A stretch of 63,990 nucleotides of DNA, the filler included, from Collodictyon triciliatum (taxonomy: Eukaryota): assembly GCA_043381765.1 (NCBI GenBank). It is 7 parts of 7 records of this genome, joined end to end, with 100 filler letters (N's around TTAATTAATTAA, not from the genome) between each part and the next. Parts side by side here need not be neighbours in the genome. Positions count along the whole stretch, not along the records: positions 20,946 to 31,332 come from JBHJMP010002695.1; positions 31,433 to 37,696 come from JBHJMP010002698.1; positions 37,797 to 48,182 come from JBHJMP010002699.1; 4 more parts are not named here. One strand, 5' to 3'. Under the pieces are notes generated by a model. It made no database searches. It was given only the letters and a program-made list of their open reading frames with translations, and was not told the origin of the DNA. Of this stretch, positions 28,328 through 41,590 are shown piece after piece (position 1 is the stretch's first letter; every line of letters starts with the position of its first letter). The position numbers and the translations under genes were made by a program.

Positions 28328-31030
28328 AATGTTCAGAAGCAAATCAACCATCCAAACCCTCGAATCGAACTTGGCCTCATCTCAGATGGAGTTAGAATTT
28401 ACAAAATCTCAACTGGAAGAAATAAGAGAAGCCTATCAGATGCTTATCGTGAAAATGGTTAGTTTATAGTGATACTGAAGATGAAGATTATAAAATTACT
28501 TGTACTAAATCCAAATTTATTGTCACCAAAGGCTGAATTAGAGAAAGAGTCAGATTCACAGCAAAGCAAACATCACAAAGAAGTCATCACATTCCAGGAA
28601 AGAATGTCGAACAGTGACCATGAAATACAGTATTCCATTCAATCGTATCAATCATGATTTGTTTATCCCTTTTGAAAATAGATAATAGCGCAAGTTTAAT
28701 CATTTTATTAGAAAATAACTTAATATTCATTTTGATTTGACATAGGTCTCTTAAACATACTATCACTCAGTCAAGGTTAGATGCTGAAAAAATTAAGAGG
28801 CAACTCGATTCCGCTAACCAGAAGGTATACAAATATTATATGCATTATTACAAGCGACTAGCAAGTCTCCAAGTATGTTAAACCTTGAATCCTCAATCGA
28901 AGCCCACATCCCATAATTTTTTATTTTATCAAATCTAACTATTTTTTTTTAAAAAAAAAGATTGGTGAAAAAGAGAATGAAATAATGGAAGCACATACTG
29001 TATTAAATGAAATATCTTCAAAATTTGAGCTTGCCGAAAAATCTATCTTAGAAACAAGGTTTCAATACATTAATGAAGTCATCACCACTAACCTCACTTG
29101 CTTACGTTCAAGTTGCTTACATGCTAGATTTTTTTCATTTTTCAAATATTTTTTCGTATGTTCCATTTTATCCATTTAAGAGATTTTGTTCATTCGAATT
29201 TCTTCTATATATTAGAAAAGACAACGACGTTTTAAAAAGAAACCTTAACGAAGCCAGAGAAGAAATCGAAGCTAAAGAAAAAAAACTAACCAGCCTCCAA
29301 TCTCAAGTTCATGAATACGAAGTTCGATTAGATTCATATCTAAATGAAGTAAGAGACGCACGAAGCATTACTTTAACGCAAGCATTACCTTATTATTATT
29401 TTATTGATTCGACTCATCTCTCCCACATGGTTTTTTTTTCATATATCACATATATTTGTAGAATGCCCAAATCAAGAGCACAAATAAAAGATTGAAGGAT
29501 GAAGTGAGAAAGAGTCAAGCAGAAAATATACATATTCGTGCAACACAAGAGCGAGAAATGAAAGCGGTCAAGGACAGAATGGAATTATTGGAAAAGGAAG
29601 CGATTCAGAAACTAGAGACTGTGGAAACAGAATGCAAAAGACTAGAGGCTGCAGCCCTTGTACACCAAGGTATGTTTCATTTTTATTTTTATTTTCATTA
29701 TTATTATTACTATTATTATTATTATTATTATTACTATTATTACTATTATTATTTCATACAATTTACACCAAGGTATGCTGAAAAATATGATTTCATTCGT
29801 TTATCTCTTCATGTTTGAAAATAAATGCACCCAAAAGACTACAAAATATCGTGCAAATGTCATTTAAGGGAGTTTATTCTTGTGCTATAAAGAAAAGATA
29901 ATTCTCAAACATACAAAATGCAATACCTTTATTTTGGCGGTATTTTTTCCATCATTCATTTTTCTCTCGATAATTTGCTTATTTGTAACAAATTCAGATG
30001 ACTACGAGAGGCTCCAACAGGAGTATAGCCGACAAGAAAGCCAGTTGAGGGACATTGGTGCGCAGCACACAAGTGTCCAAGAGCAACTCCACGAAAAATT
30101 AAAAATGCTCTCAGACTCTCGGTTGGCTAAAAAAGAGCTACAGGCGACCATCCAAACTCTAAAATCTCAAGTTCGCCAACTGCACCATGATTTATCCCAT
30201 CAAAAGGATTTAGTTGCCGACATGCTGGAAGAGAGAGCCAATATGGAAGAAAATTTCAAGGTTGTACATCTAACTTTATGTTTTAATCATTTCAAATGTA
30301 AATTAGAGTTGCATTGTTTTTTTTTCCTTTAGCATATTTCTTTTCGTCAATGCTCTTTCTTAATGATAACATTAGTGAATAAGTATGATTGTTTTGAAAA
30401 TAATGGAACGTAAAAAAAAAGGCGGAGAGAGGCGATTTCGAACAGCTTCAAAAAAGGTATAATGAAATGGAGGGACTGAACAAAAACCTTCTTGATCAAA
30501 TGGAATTACTATTGAAGGAAAAAGAAATCGACCGGTATGTGAAATATATTGTGAATATGTTGATTTTTTTAAAAAAAAATAATTATTTATTGAAGGATTC
30601 ATCCAGCACAAAGATATTAAGACACAGGAATGGAATCGATATTTTTTTGCAGGGCGAGACTAAGCGATATGGTGAAAGAGCTAGGCACAAAGAAACGTGA
30701 CTCTGACGTCTCCAAGCGAACAACTGAGCAGGAAAGGAGGGCATTTACTACAGCCCAAATCAGAATTGAAGAGGTAAGAATACATCAGCAACTGAAATTT
30801 TTGATTATTATCGGCATAACAAGATAAATAAAACATATGCAACGAGGTGCCAGTTTTATTTTTATTTCATATTGAAAGAAAAAATTAAGGCATATTTAAT
30901 AACAAGCACTGATTGGTTTGGGATTCAATAAATCAAAGTTGGAAGCAGAATTGAGAACAGCAAACCAGGAAATAAATCGAGCTCACAAGGTTATAGAGGA
31001 TAAAAAGTTGCAGCTGGTAGAATCAGAAAA
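21202..31030 (+). CDS. Very long multi-exon coiled-coil protein of unknown family, 3'-truncated by the contig end
   Basis: Many short E/K/Q/L heptad-rich exons bounded by GT-AG across the whole contig (e.g. ORFs 25782, 26862, 27320, 29492, 29880, 30630), with no catalytic motifs. The exact exon set was not fully resolved. Confidence 0.7.
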
Positions 31031-31236
31031 GGTCTTTGCCATATAGCCAATTTCTTACAGTTTACGTAATATACCAGTAATGTATTAACGTAATATAAAA
31101 TAAGAGCATATTTCAATTTCTTCGTTTTTTTTTTCACAATAAACTCTTTCATGAATATTATATTTCGTTTTACTGGGACGTCTGATTTGTATTCAGATGA
31201 CTCTAGTAAGTTTTTGTACCTTTCATTTACCCTCAC

Positions 31237-31332
<96 letters not shown>

Positions 31333-31432
31333 NNNNNNNNNNNNNNNNNNNNNNNNNNNNNNNNNNNNNNNNNNNNTTAATTAATTAANNNNNNNNNNNN
31401 NNNNNNNNNNNNNNNNNNNNNNNNNNNNNNNN
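31333..31432. other. Artificial contig spacer
   Basis: N44-TTAATTAATTAA-N44. Confidence 0.98.
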
Positions 31433-31497
31433 AAAAAAAAAGGGCAGAAAAAAGGGAAAAAAAAAAAAAAAAGGCAATTGAGCTAAAATTAACTGGC

Positions 31498-31531
<34 letters not shown>

Positions 31532-31537
31532 GCAAAC

Positions 31538-31683
31538 CTTGTATGGTGGGCGATGAAGCGCACAAGGGCCGGAAGGAAAGGAAAGATCGTCTCTGCCACA
31601 GAGATGATCACACGAGACACAAGCTCGATCGTAAAGAAGGTGATGGCCTGCACGGCATAGATCCACAGCAGAAACGTCTCCAT
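31538..31683 (-). CDS. Probable first exon of a membrane protein, truncated by the contig end
   Basis: METFLLWIYAVQAITFFTIELVSRVIISVAETIFPFLPALVRFIAHHTR followed by a GT donor and a poly-T tract. Confidence 0.35.
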
Positions 31684-33554
31684 CCGCCTGATTCAGAAGA
31701 CCGTCTTTGCCCTGCAGGAGGCCAAAAGTGTAAAGTTTCCGGACAAAACACCCCAAATGTGGGACGCGGCGGGGCGGGCTGAGAGGAGACGTCGCGCGGT
31801 TGGATCATAGCCAGGGAGGGAGTGCAAAAGTTGTGGAGTGGCAAAGACCGCCTTCGGAACGGCAATGGAGAAATAAGGAAGAAGCTCTGTCTTGTGCCCG
31901 ACTAAGCCCTTCTAGATTCACAGAAGGAGCGGAAAAAGAAAAGAAAAGAAAATAAAGGAAAAGAAAAGAAAAGAAAAGAAAAAGAGTTGTGTGGTTGTCT
32001 GTGGCTTGGAATCTGCAGCGCTCAAGCAGAATATGAGTCGAATGTTTGCGGCCGAATGGTGGGGGCAGCCTGTGTCTAAGGAGCCGCGTGACTCCGACTA
32101 GCCCGAGGCGTACACCGACTGTTCTTTGGCTCCTCGCCCTGCACCCCCTTTATTTGCCTTGGTTTCCTTACGCCTTCAGGCTGCGTCAGTGGCTGGCGTC
32201 TGTGAAACGCGGGCGGTGGTTTGGGGTGTGGCTGAATTCCAAATAAGTGTAATTATGAAATCTAGATCAGACCACATCCATAGTGGGTGACGCTCAAAAC
32301 CGGATACTTTTCTATTGTGGAATGAATGTAGTGCGTGACGTCATGGACATACGTTCGCCACATGAAGCACGCAATTTCCTGGAATTTTTCCAGATTCAAT
32401 TCCGTTCTTAATTCAATGGTCTCTTCCGGATTTTTTTCAATAAGGTATTCCAAATAATGGTCAAAGTTTTGTTCTTGGATGAATTGGTGCAACGTGGTGC
32501 GTGAATGGGGGATATATATATGGATGCCGGCTGCCGAGGGAATCAATTTTGCATAGGGCTGCGCCGTGTGAAGCGGAGAACTGAATAACGCACAAGCAAT
32601 TGCGGAAAAACATCCGGCCATTTTTCCAATTCTGGCGAAGTTGCTATTCAACCCAGACCATCACCAGCCCGCGAGCAACCGCAAGTTTGGATCAGTGGTA
32701 TTAGTATTATGGGGTTGGTTGTGGGTGCGACTAGCTCGCTTTCGTTGGCAAGCCATGGGACTCTTAGGTGGGCTACCACCATACCGCTCGGTAGCGCCTA
32801 ATAGCCGGGTGTAGCGCATTATAATGGAGATATAAAAAGCTGATTTCAAATAATTTTCACCGCCCACGCAAGTCTTCACACCCTGCAGCCCGCTCATTCA
32901 CCCACACACCCACAGTCTGTCGGGGTTGGAGAACGCTGCCCGACAGAAGCCTGTCTGCCCTGTCCCACCACCACCAACAACAACAACAACAACAACAACA
33001 ACAAAATAACAAGCCTCGACCCGATCATTGCAAACAGGCGGCAGCACCGTCATACCCACAGGGGATAACCCTTGGAGTGGTGCCACCTTCGCTGGGATCA
33101 AAGCGCACCTCTATACTCTCGCCTACGAGGCGACCTTCTACCTTCTCCTCCTTTATCTCTATTTATTACTTTCTATTATTGTAACAAAGTCGTCTCACAA
33201 GTCGCCTTGTTTCGCTGGTTATACGAGGTCACCTTGTTCCATTTGCTTACCGCACGCATATCCCCGCAATCCGTGCCGATCAACCCCGCTCCTTTCTTTT
33301 TTTCTTTCTTTCATTCCTTCTCTCCTGCCTGCCTGTGCGGGTGTGTCGTCACCTCGAAGCAAACAAAAAGAAAAAAAGAAGACAAAATACGAGAGAAAGA
33401 GCCAGAATTGTGGAAAGGAGATAGAGGGGCAAAGTGTGAGTGACACGTGTCTCCTCCACGCCCTGTGACCAACCCCTGCACTAACCCTCTCTCCCTCCCT
33501 CCCTCCCCCTGCCGAAGCCAACGCACCCGCCTCGAACGCGCGACTCCCCTCCCA

Positions 33555-34563
33555 ATGGCCTCCCGCAAGAAAGTCCTGATCAAAGTCATCATCCTCGGCG
33601 ACAGCGGGTAAAGCCACGCTCCTCCAACATGCAACGCCCTATGTCCTGTGTCCTTCAACCGACTCACTCAAGCCACGTACTGACCATCCACTCCTCAACA
33701 CACAGTGTCGGAAAGACCTCCCTGATGAACCAATATCCTTTTGCCGCGACCCCACCCAGATCCCTCCCTCCCTCCCTCCCTCTCTCTCTCACTCCCACTC
33801 TCTCACTCCCACTCTCTCACTCCCACTCTCTCCTCCACACACCGCCTTCCACTAACGCACGCACACGCTCCTTAACCACGCGGCACGTACGTCAGCAAGA
33901 AGTTCAACAGCCAGTACAAGGCCACCATCGGCGCAGACTTCCTGACCAAGGAGGTGATGGTCGAAGACCGCCTGGTGACCATGCAGGTACGGTACCGTCC
34001 CATGGCCCCCACCCCCCACCCCGTGTCTGACAGCCGCTCACTAGATCTGGGACACAGCCGGACAGGAGCGCTTCCAGTCGCTGGGGGTGGCCTTCTACCG
34101 CGGGGCCGACTGCTGCGTGCTGGTCTTTGACGTCAACAACGCAAAGACCTTTGAGAATCTGGACAGCTGGCGCGACGAGTTTCTGATCCAGGCGGGCCCA
34201 CGCGATCCCGAGAACTTCCCGTTTGTGGTGCTGGGCAACAAGATCGACTCTGATCAGCACCGCGCGGTCTCGGGCAAGCGAGCGCTGGCCTGGTGCCAGG
34301 GCAAGGGCAACATCCCGTTCTTTGAGACGTCTGCCAAGGAGGCCATCAACGTCGAGCAGGCCTTCCAGACCATCGCAAAGAACGCCCTCAAGCAGGAGGG
34401 CGAGGAGGAGATGTGCGTGACCCTCTTTCTTTTCCTTTTTCCTTCGCTCTTTTCCCTTTTCCCTCGGAATGACACGCGTCTCCCCCACAGGTTCGTACCG
34501 GACGTCATCAAGGTCGACGGCGACAAGAACAGCTCGTCCAACTCTGGCGGCTGCGGCTGCTAA
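33555..34563 (+). CDS. RAB7: Ras-related small GTPase Rab7 (5 exons; intron 2 is U12-type)
   Basis: [18 protein letters not shown] | VGKTSLMNQ | [27 protein letters not shown] | [35 protein letters not shown] | ..GGCGC* (CxC prenylation motif). Confidence 0.97.
33733..33886 (+). other. U12-type (minor spliceosome) AT-AC intron, 154 nt
   Basis: 5' ATATCCTTT, branch site TCCTTAAC at 33869-33876, 3' CAC. Removal restores the conserved SLMNQ-YV sequence. Confidence 0.92.
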
Positions 34564-35624
34564 GCGTGCGACCACCGTCCGCCCCGGGCCTACGCCAACT
34601 GCACCGCGTCCCGTCGATCCCCCCTCTCTCTCTCTCCCTCTCTCCCTGCCTTGTCCCCTTTCGCCTTAACCCTCCCTGTCTCGCTTTTGTTCCACACTCC
34701 CCACCAAGCAGCGCCCCGGCCTCGCTCTTTCTCCCGCCCTCCAGACCGAAGGGGCCCTGTTCAGCCCGTCCACCCGTCTGCCCTTCCTTGTGATTGACCT
34801 GGAACTAGAATCAATCCCGAGCAATTTATAAACGCTGTCTCCATCAAGTTCTCTCCGACGCTGCACCTCCCTCCTTCAACTTCTCCAGCTCCGATGCTCT
34901 TGCAGACAATTTTTTTTTTCCTGTCCAGGACACACCAACACGATCCACAGAACGCCTACGTTAATGCCAAACTGGAGTCTTTTCTGGAATTTATTTATTT
35001 ATCATATTCCATTTAATAGAAATCGAAGTATAGTGAACCGAATAAAAAAAATTAGCTTCGATTGCAGTCAGCCATACACGATGTGCATTAATATCGTGGT
35101 GCTGCAAAGTGCCATGTCAAATTTAATCCAGCGCATCTAAACGCCAGCTTGCGCAAAAACAAAGCACAAACAATTCAATGAATACATCCATATTGGCTGG
35201 ATACTGCGTCACATATACAGAACAATGCCCCTTTCAAGATTCTAGAACAGAAAAAGTTCTCCCGTCGTCCCTTCTTGCCAAGCTTCCAAGAGTTTCCTAC
35301 GGATCGAATAAAGGATAAAAAAAAAAAAACTTCCCAGAGCTTCCGTGTGTGTGCGCGTGTGTGTCGCCACAACCCAGAGTTTTATAACCACACATGTATT
35401 ATCTTGTTCCCTTCCCCTCCCTCTCCTTTCTTTTCTTTTTCCCTTTCCATTACTTCTCTCCCGTTTGTCATAAAGCCCAGGTATCCAATCCCCTAAAGAT
35501 TATGGGCAGCTGGTACACCTACTCCGTATCATTATTCACATACATCTTAGCCCTGTATTATCTTCTCTCTTTCTTTCTGCTCCAACCAATCAAACACCTA
35601 CATGCCCAAACAACAGAGGCCAGG

Positions 35625-37186
35625 ATGGAGAAAGCACATACCAGAGTGTGTCGCGTGATGAACCACTTCCACTTGGATGTGCGCAGCAAATACACAAATA
35701 ATCGCTCTCAGCCAATCGACTGTGGTGGCCGACACCAGGATGGTCTCCTGACGACAGAGCAACTCGAGTTCTACGATACAAACGGCTTCATTGTCATCCC
35801 TAACCTCTTAACCTCTGAACAAGTCGCCTTTTATTCTGAACGCTTCTTGGATTTATCAAGCGGTGCTCTGGACCGACCTCCAACTATGACAGTCATGCGG
35901 GATGTCGCTGCAAAAGGAGTCGAAAAAACTCACGAGCGTACAATCACAAAGTTTCAGGATTTTATGGACGAGGAAGGTCTATTTTCTTACTGTGAGCTGC
36001 CAGCCATCCTAGACCACGTCCAGGAGTTTATTGGCTCAGATATCATGGCTATGCATACGATGTTCATCAATAAGCCTCCGGTATCTCTTTCTTTCCTTCT
36101 TTCCTTCTTTCCTTCTTTCCTTCTTTCCTTCTTTCCTTCTTTCCTTCTTTCCTTCATCCTTGATTCTTTCTTTCTATCGTTTCAAGCCTCGATATATCAT
36201 ATCCATATGACACATCTCGTTTATCATAAATCTCAATATGTATATTTTCCTTTATTCGAATCCCAATATAGGTTTAAACTCTCACATAACTAGTTATTGA
36301 ATGCGTTTTATGAAACACATAAATACCGATTCTTTTTTCTTTAAGAAACAAACATTTTTCTATTCTTTTCATTTACCTTTTATCTATGTCCGATACGCCA
36401 TTTATATGTATTTGATTCCAATCTTACTGAGTGGGCTTCCTTCATATTATTTGCGTAGGACCTTGGACGCCAGACCTCGCGCCACCCACTCCACCAGGAT
36501 TTACACTATTTCCCCTTCCGCCCAGCAAACAGAATTGTTTGCGCCTGGGCGGCACTTCAGGTTTGTTTTTTTTTTTTCATTCACTTTTTTCTCTCGCCCT
36601 TGTATTTTTATCTGACAAGTACTCTTATGAATAGAGAATTGACCGCTCTAATGGTTGTCTTGTCGCGTTGCCCGGGTCACACAAAGGAGAGTTGTTGGAA
36701 CACGACTACCCAGACGTACACTTCTGCTTCTAGTTTTTCAACATTTTTTTCGGGTTCAAAACTCAAAGAACGGTCCGCTATGTCCTATAACCAACACATA
36801 AATACTATCTTGCCATGCGAATTGATACATGCCTTTCTCAACATTAGTGGGAAGGGGGTGTAAACAAAGCATATCATGGAGTCAAGGGTATCGGAGCAGA
36901 CCCAGGAAGAGTTTATCTTGAAATGAATGCTGGAGATGTCGCTTTCTTCCATCCGCTCCTCATACATGGCTCTGGTGCCAACAAGACAGATGGGTTTCGA
37001 AAAGCCATTTCATGCCATTATGCTTCCTCTGAGTGCTGCTACGTCGATGTTGCAGGAACCTCGCAAGAGACAATCGCCCGTGAGATTGAGGAGATGGCTG
37101 CACGCAAAGGAATTGAAGGAATGTCCTTTCAAGACGTCTGGCGTTGGAAAGGTCGCCTTGTGCGCGGAACTAAGGTCTCACTCTAA
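35625..37186 (+). CDS. PHYH: Peroxisomal phytanoyl-CoA dioxygenase
   Basis: PTS2-like [30 protein letters not shown] | ..[19 protein letters not shown] | ..[13 protein letters not shown] | ..[25 protein letters not shown]. The Fe-binding HxD..H motif is intact. Confidence 0.93.
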
Positions 37187-37526
37187 GCGCGTGATAAAGT
37201 AGCAACATAAGTTTGCCCCGTGCACTTTCAGTCGCTGTTTTACTTATGCTAGGAGTTATGGTTCATTTATGATACATATGCTAATTGAGCATCCCAACTG
37301 GTCTTTATACATTTGAATCATATGACAAAGTCAATTCCTGGCTTTTCTATTTATTTATTTATCCCGGTTGACTCATCCATTCTTTCTACGGATCATTTAT
37401 CATGTTTTACGGGAAGAAAACCTGGTAAAAAATTGCTATGAGCGCCACCAAGATAGCCAGAACCAAGCCGATAATGACATCTAATTTTGAATCCATAATT
37501 TTCATCTATGAGTGCATTAAGAACGC

Positions 37527-37635
<109 letters not shown>

Positions 37636-37696
37636 TAAATAAATAAATAAATAATACTACATAGGCCATCTACGAGGCACACATGTTTTTTTTTTT

Positions 37697-37796
37697 NNNN
37701 NNNNNNNNNNNNNNNNNNNNNNNNNNNNNNNNNNNNNNNNTTAATTAATTAANNNNNNNNNNNNNNNNNNNNNNNNNNNNNNNNNNNNNNNNNNNN
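37697..37796. other. Artificial contig spacer
   Basis: N44-TTAATTAATTAA-N44, followed by an (AATGAT)n run at 37797-37913. Confidence 0.98.
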
Positions 37797-37923
37797 AATG
37801 ATAATGATAATGATAATGATAATGATAATGATAATGATAATGATAATGATAATGATAATGATAATGATAATGATAATGATAATGATAATGATAATGATAA
37901 TGATAATGATAATCGGCATATAC

Positions 37924-38067
37924 TTTGGCTGAAGCAATTCCAAGAGCATCGATGACTGCGGTGAGGTGGGGGATTTTTTCCCGAGGATATCGGGCGAGAA
38001 AGGCAGAGTCGATCACTGTCACGTCCTTGTTGAACACTCTTTGAAGATTTACTGAGGGAAACTCCAT
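37924..38067 (-). CDS. ATAT1: Alpha-tubulin N-acetyltransferase (MEC-17/ATAT1), first coding exon; remainder lost at the contig end
   Basis: MEFPSVNLQRVFNKDVTVID..HLTAVIDALGIASAK then a GT donor; matches the family N-terminus MEF..ITVLD..IIDELGKASAK. Confidence 0.75.
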
Positions 38068-38879
38068 TCTGCTGGAAATAATCTAGCTTAACAACAACAA
38101 AAAAAAAAAAAGAATAATAAGAAAAATGAAAAGAAGGTATCGGATTTGAATCATTCTTTATTTTGAATAGATAATATAACGTAAAAGGTTAGATTTTTTG
38201 TTCCTTTTTTTCTCTTCTTTTTTTTTTGTGAGACTGTTCAATAGAAGCCAGTCCTACTAAAAGGGAAGCATGATGGTAGATAACGCGAAGAAAAAGACAC
38301 ATCAGAAAGGCTTCTGCTTCTAAAAACAGAGGACGATGCGTGCGCTTTGCGATGCGTTTTTTGGGGGTTGATCGAGTTGCCGATGGCGAAACAAGAGAAA
38401 GCCGTTGCTGATTGAACTGGAATTCCACGAAAGGATATACAACATTAGATACAGATAAAATAATACTGTACCATCTGCCTTTTAAAGGAACCGCGTTGTG
38501 TGGGTGAAAACGGTTTCTTTTCGTCTTGTGTACTTTTGTCTGTGTGCATCCATCCGTCTGTTGTGTATCAATTCGTGCTGCGTAAACACTAGAGCACATC
38601 CACGCAGATATAATGGTATGGATTTTTTTACATATTTTTTTGTCGTCTTTGCAAGGGGAGAGGTTTGAAAGGAAAAAAAAGTATCAAGAAAAGCACTCCA
38701 ATTATCTGTTGTTTGGCTGATGTTTTATTTTATTTTTTATAAAAAAAAGTTTCTCTTAATTCAAAGCAATAACAAACAAAACAACAAAATAAAACAAAAG
38801 AAGAGTAGATTAATTCACGAAGTAAACTTAACCTGTTTACTGATCAATAATTTCACCAACTTCTATATGAAAAGTCCAA

Positions 38880-41107
38880 TTAAGAGAAACTTTTCCGTTC
38901 CTCTTCAAGGTCTTCCAATTGAACGATGTTTCCCACGGCCTGTATGAATTCCTTCTCAAATTCCTCATCTGTCTTCACATCATCGGTCATGGGAAGTGAG
39001 CGAACTTTTTCGCGATGGATTCGCAACTTACTGATGTAGCCATCAAATGAAACTCTCATTTCTTCTAAACCAGGAGAAATATCCACATCTCTCTGGCAAG
39101 ACTCCACCAGCTGAACCCTTATCTTTGTTTTCAAGCTCTGGAGTTGCTCGTTTAATAATCCCAAGTGGTTCTTGTTCGAAAATACTCGGTCCTCCAGAGA
39201 CCTGACCTCTACTTCACTGCTGGCATATGAATTTGACACAGCTTCCTCGCCTTCTCGACCGATTTTCATCTTCTTTTTGGCTTCGAGCTGCAATTCGTTC
39301 TCTTGAAGCTCAGATTCAATCCTTTCGATATGTCGGGCCAATTCGCTTTCGAGCTCTTGTATCAGCTTTTCGAGGTCGTTTTTCCCTCGTTTTCCTTGAA
39401 CATGAATTCTTTTCACTGACTCGACCATTTTTCGAAAACTGCTGAATTTCTTTTCAGCCGAGCGCAAAGTATTTTTCGCAATGACAGAGTCAATAGCCTT
39501 TTCCTGTCGCTCTCGGCCAAGTGGCTCCAATATTGCCTCAAGTTCAACTATATCACTGTCAAGAGTTCTTCTACATCTGGAAGCAAGGCTGAGAGTTCGA
39601 ACAGAGCTGTCGTCATTAGTACGAAATGTATTAATATCTGAAAGGACACCATTATATCTTTGGGTGATTTCGCGCTCCTGGCTGGTATCCTCCTCGGATG
39701 CGACAACAAATGCCGGCATTACTGGAGCCATTTTAATCCGCAGCTTTGCAACCGGAGATTCAGCAGGATTGCTCCTTTTATTTTTTATTTCTGCGATATC
39801 AGACTTGATTCTGCTAAACTGACTTCGCATCGCATCGGGCCATAGGTCGATATGTGAGAGTTTCTTTACGATGTCATTGTTCTCTAAGTTAATTTTTTCG
39901 GCCAGGGGCTGAATGTCCTCCAACGTCTTATTTAGCATCATATTTACGAGCTGAATGACGGATTGAAAATACCTCTGCAATTCATCTGCTTTGAGAAGGT
40001 CATCATCCGCTCTTTTGAGACGGTCTAAAACAACGTTTGATGAGTCTGACTGTATCTTATCAGAAAGCATATTTCTCTTCTGCATGCATCGGCAGATACT
40101 TTTCATAAGCTCGTCGTATTTCCCTTGAATATTGTCTATATGTTCCTGGAAATCAACCACATTGGCTGAGATGCTATCCAGAATGTGTCTAAGTGTCGAC
40201 AGGCGCTGATGTGTTGTGGTGGAAAGCTGTTCCCGCTTTGATTCATACTGATTTAGCTTCTTGAGTGCCCCTTTCACGTTTTCAAGATGTTCATCCAGTA
40301 TATCTGGGCTCATTGCTGGCATGCTTGCCTCGACCTCTTCCAATGCCTTCAAGTCTCTGTCTAATGCCAACTTCGTTCGTTCAAGTATGCTAACCAATTG
40401 TGTGTCTTCCGCATGACTCTTTTTGATATGCGATAGTTGCATTTCAGATTTTGAGAAGCGAGTTTGAACTTCTCTTTCGCGCTCCGTCAGGTCATCTGTG
40501 CCCACCACTAACATCGGTATGTTTGCAACAGAACCATGTCGAGTTATGGCCTTCACTTCGGATGGTTCATCAAAACTAAGGACGATGGCACTTGTCGACT
40601 GCCTTTCATTAGACTCAGCAAATAAGACCGGGTCGCTTGCTTGGTCTTCGTTTCTTCCGACCAATATAGTTTTTTCTTCACCCTTGTTCCGATTTGCACA
40701 GCTTTCTGCTGCCTCTGGTTAGGTTATGAAAATAGAGTTGTTCGTTTTCACAGTGGTAAAACTATAATTGTGTATTTTTTTTGGAAATAAAGTACTGGTA
40801 AATTCAAAGCGAACCTATCAAAGTGGCGCCGCTATTATTTTCAGGCTGGACATTTGTGTGTGGATATGAGTCTTTTATGTTTGCAACGAATGATACCGAT
40901 ATGAGTGGCGTATCTCCAATGTCCTTCTTTCCATGCTCAAGCTTTTTCTTCTGCTCTTCATTGGCATTCGTTGTGGGTGGTGTAGAGCCAAGTGGACTAA
41001 TCCCTTGCTTCTTGTCTTGTGCGTTGGATATGTGCAGCTGCATTTCCGCGTGTGTTTGTGTTGGATTGGACTTCTTTACAGGGGGTGATGCGAGCGGGGT
41101 GGCGGTG
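38880..41107 (-). CDS. Coiled-coil protein of unknown function with an internal duplication (5' part runs into an assembly gap)
   Basis: 594-aa uninterrupted terminal ORF (38880-40664) plus an upstream exon at about 40813-41107. Confidence 0.75.
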
Positions 41108-41108
41108 A

Positions 41109-41590
41109 NNNNNNNNNNNNNNNNNNNNNNNNNNNNNNNNNNNNNNNNNNNNNNNNNNNNNNNNNNNNNNNNNNNNNNNNNNNNNNNNNNNNNNNNNNNN
41201 NNNNNNNNNNNNNNNNNNNNNNNNNNNNNNNNNNNNNNNNNNNNNNNNNNNNNNNNNNNNNNNNNNNNNNNNNNNNNNNNNNNNNNNNNNNNNNNNNNNN
41301 NNNNNNNNNNNNNNNNNNNNNNNNNNNNNNNNNNNNNNNNNNNNNNNNNNNNNNNNNNNNNNNNNNNNNNNNNNNNNNNNNNNNNNNNNNNNNNNNNNNN
41401 NNNNNNNNNNNNNNNNNNNNNNNNNNNNNNNNNNNNNNNNNNNNNNNNNNNNNNNNNNNNNNNNNNNNNNNNNNNNNNNNNNNNNNNNNNNNNNNNNNNN
41501 NNNNNNNNNNNNNNNNNNNNNNNNNNNNNNNNNNNNNNNNNNNNNNNNNNNNNNNNNNNNNNNNNNNNNNNNNNNNNNNNNNNNNNNNNN
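41109..41590. other. Scaffold gap
   Basis: Run of N without the TTAA linker. Confidence 0.98.

Noticed and set aside
33904-34575. 223-aa minus-strand ORF over Rab7
   Set aside because: Antisense shadow caused by high GC at third codon positions.
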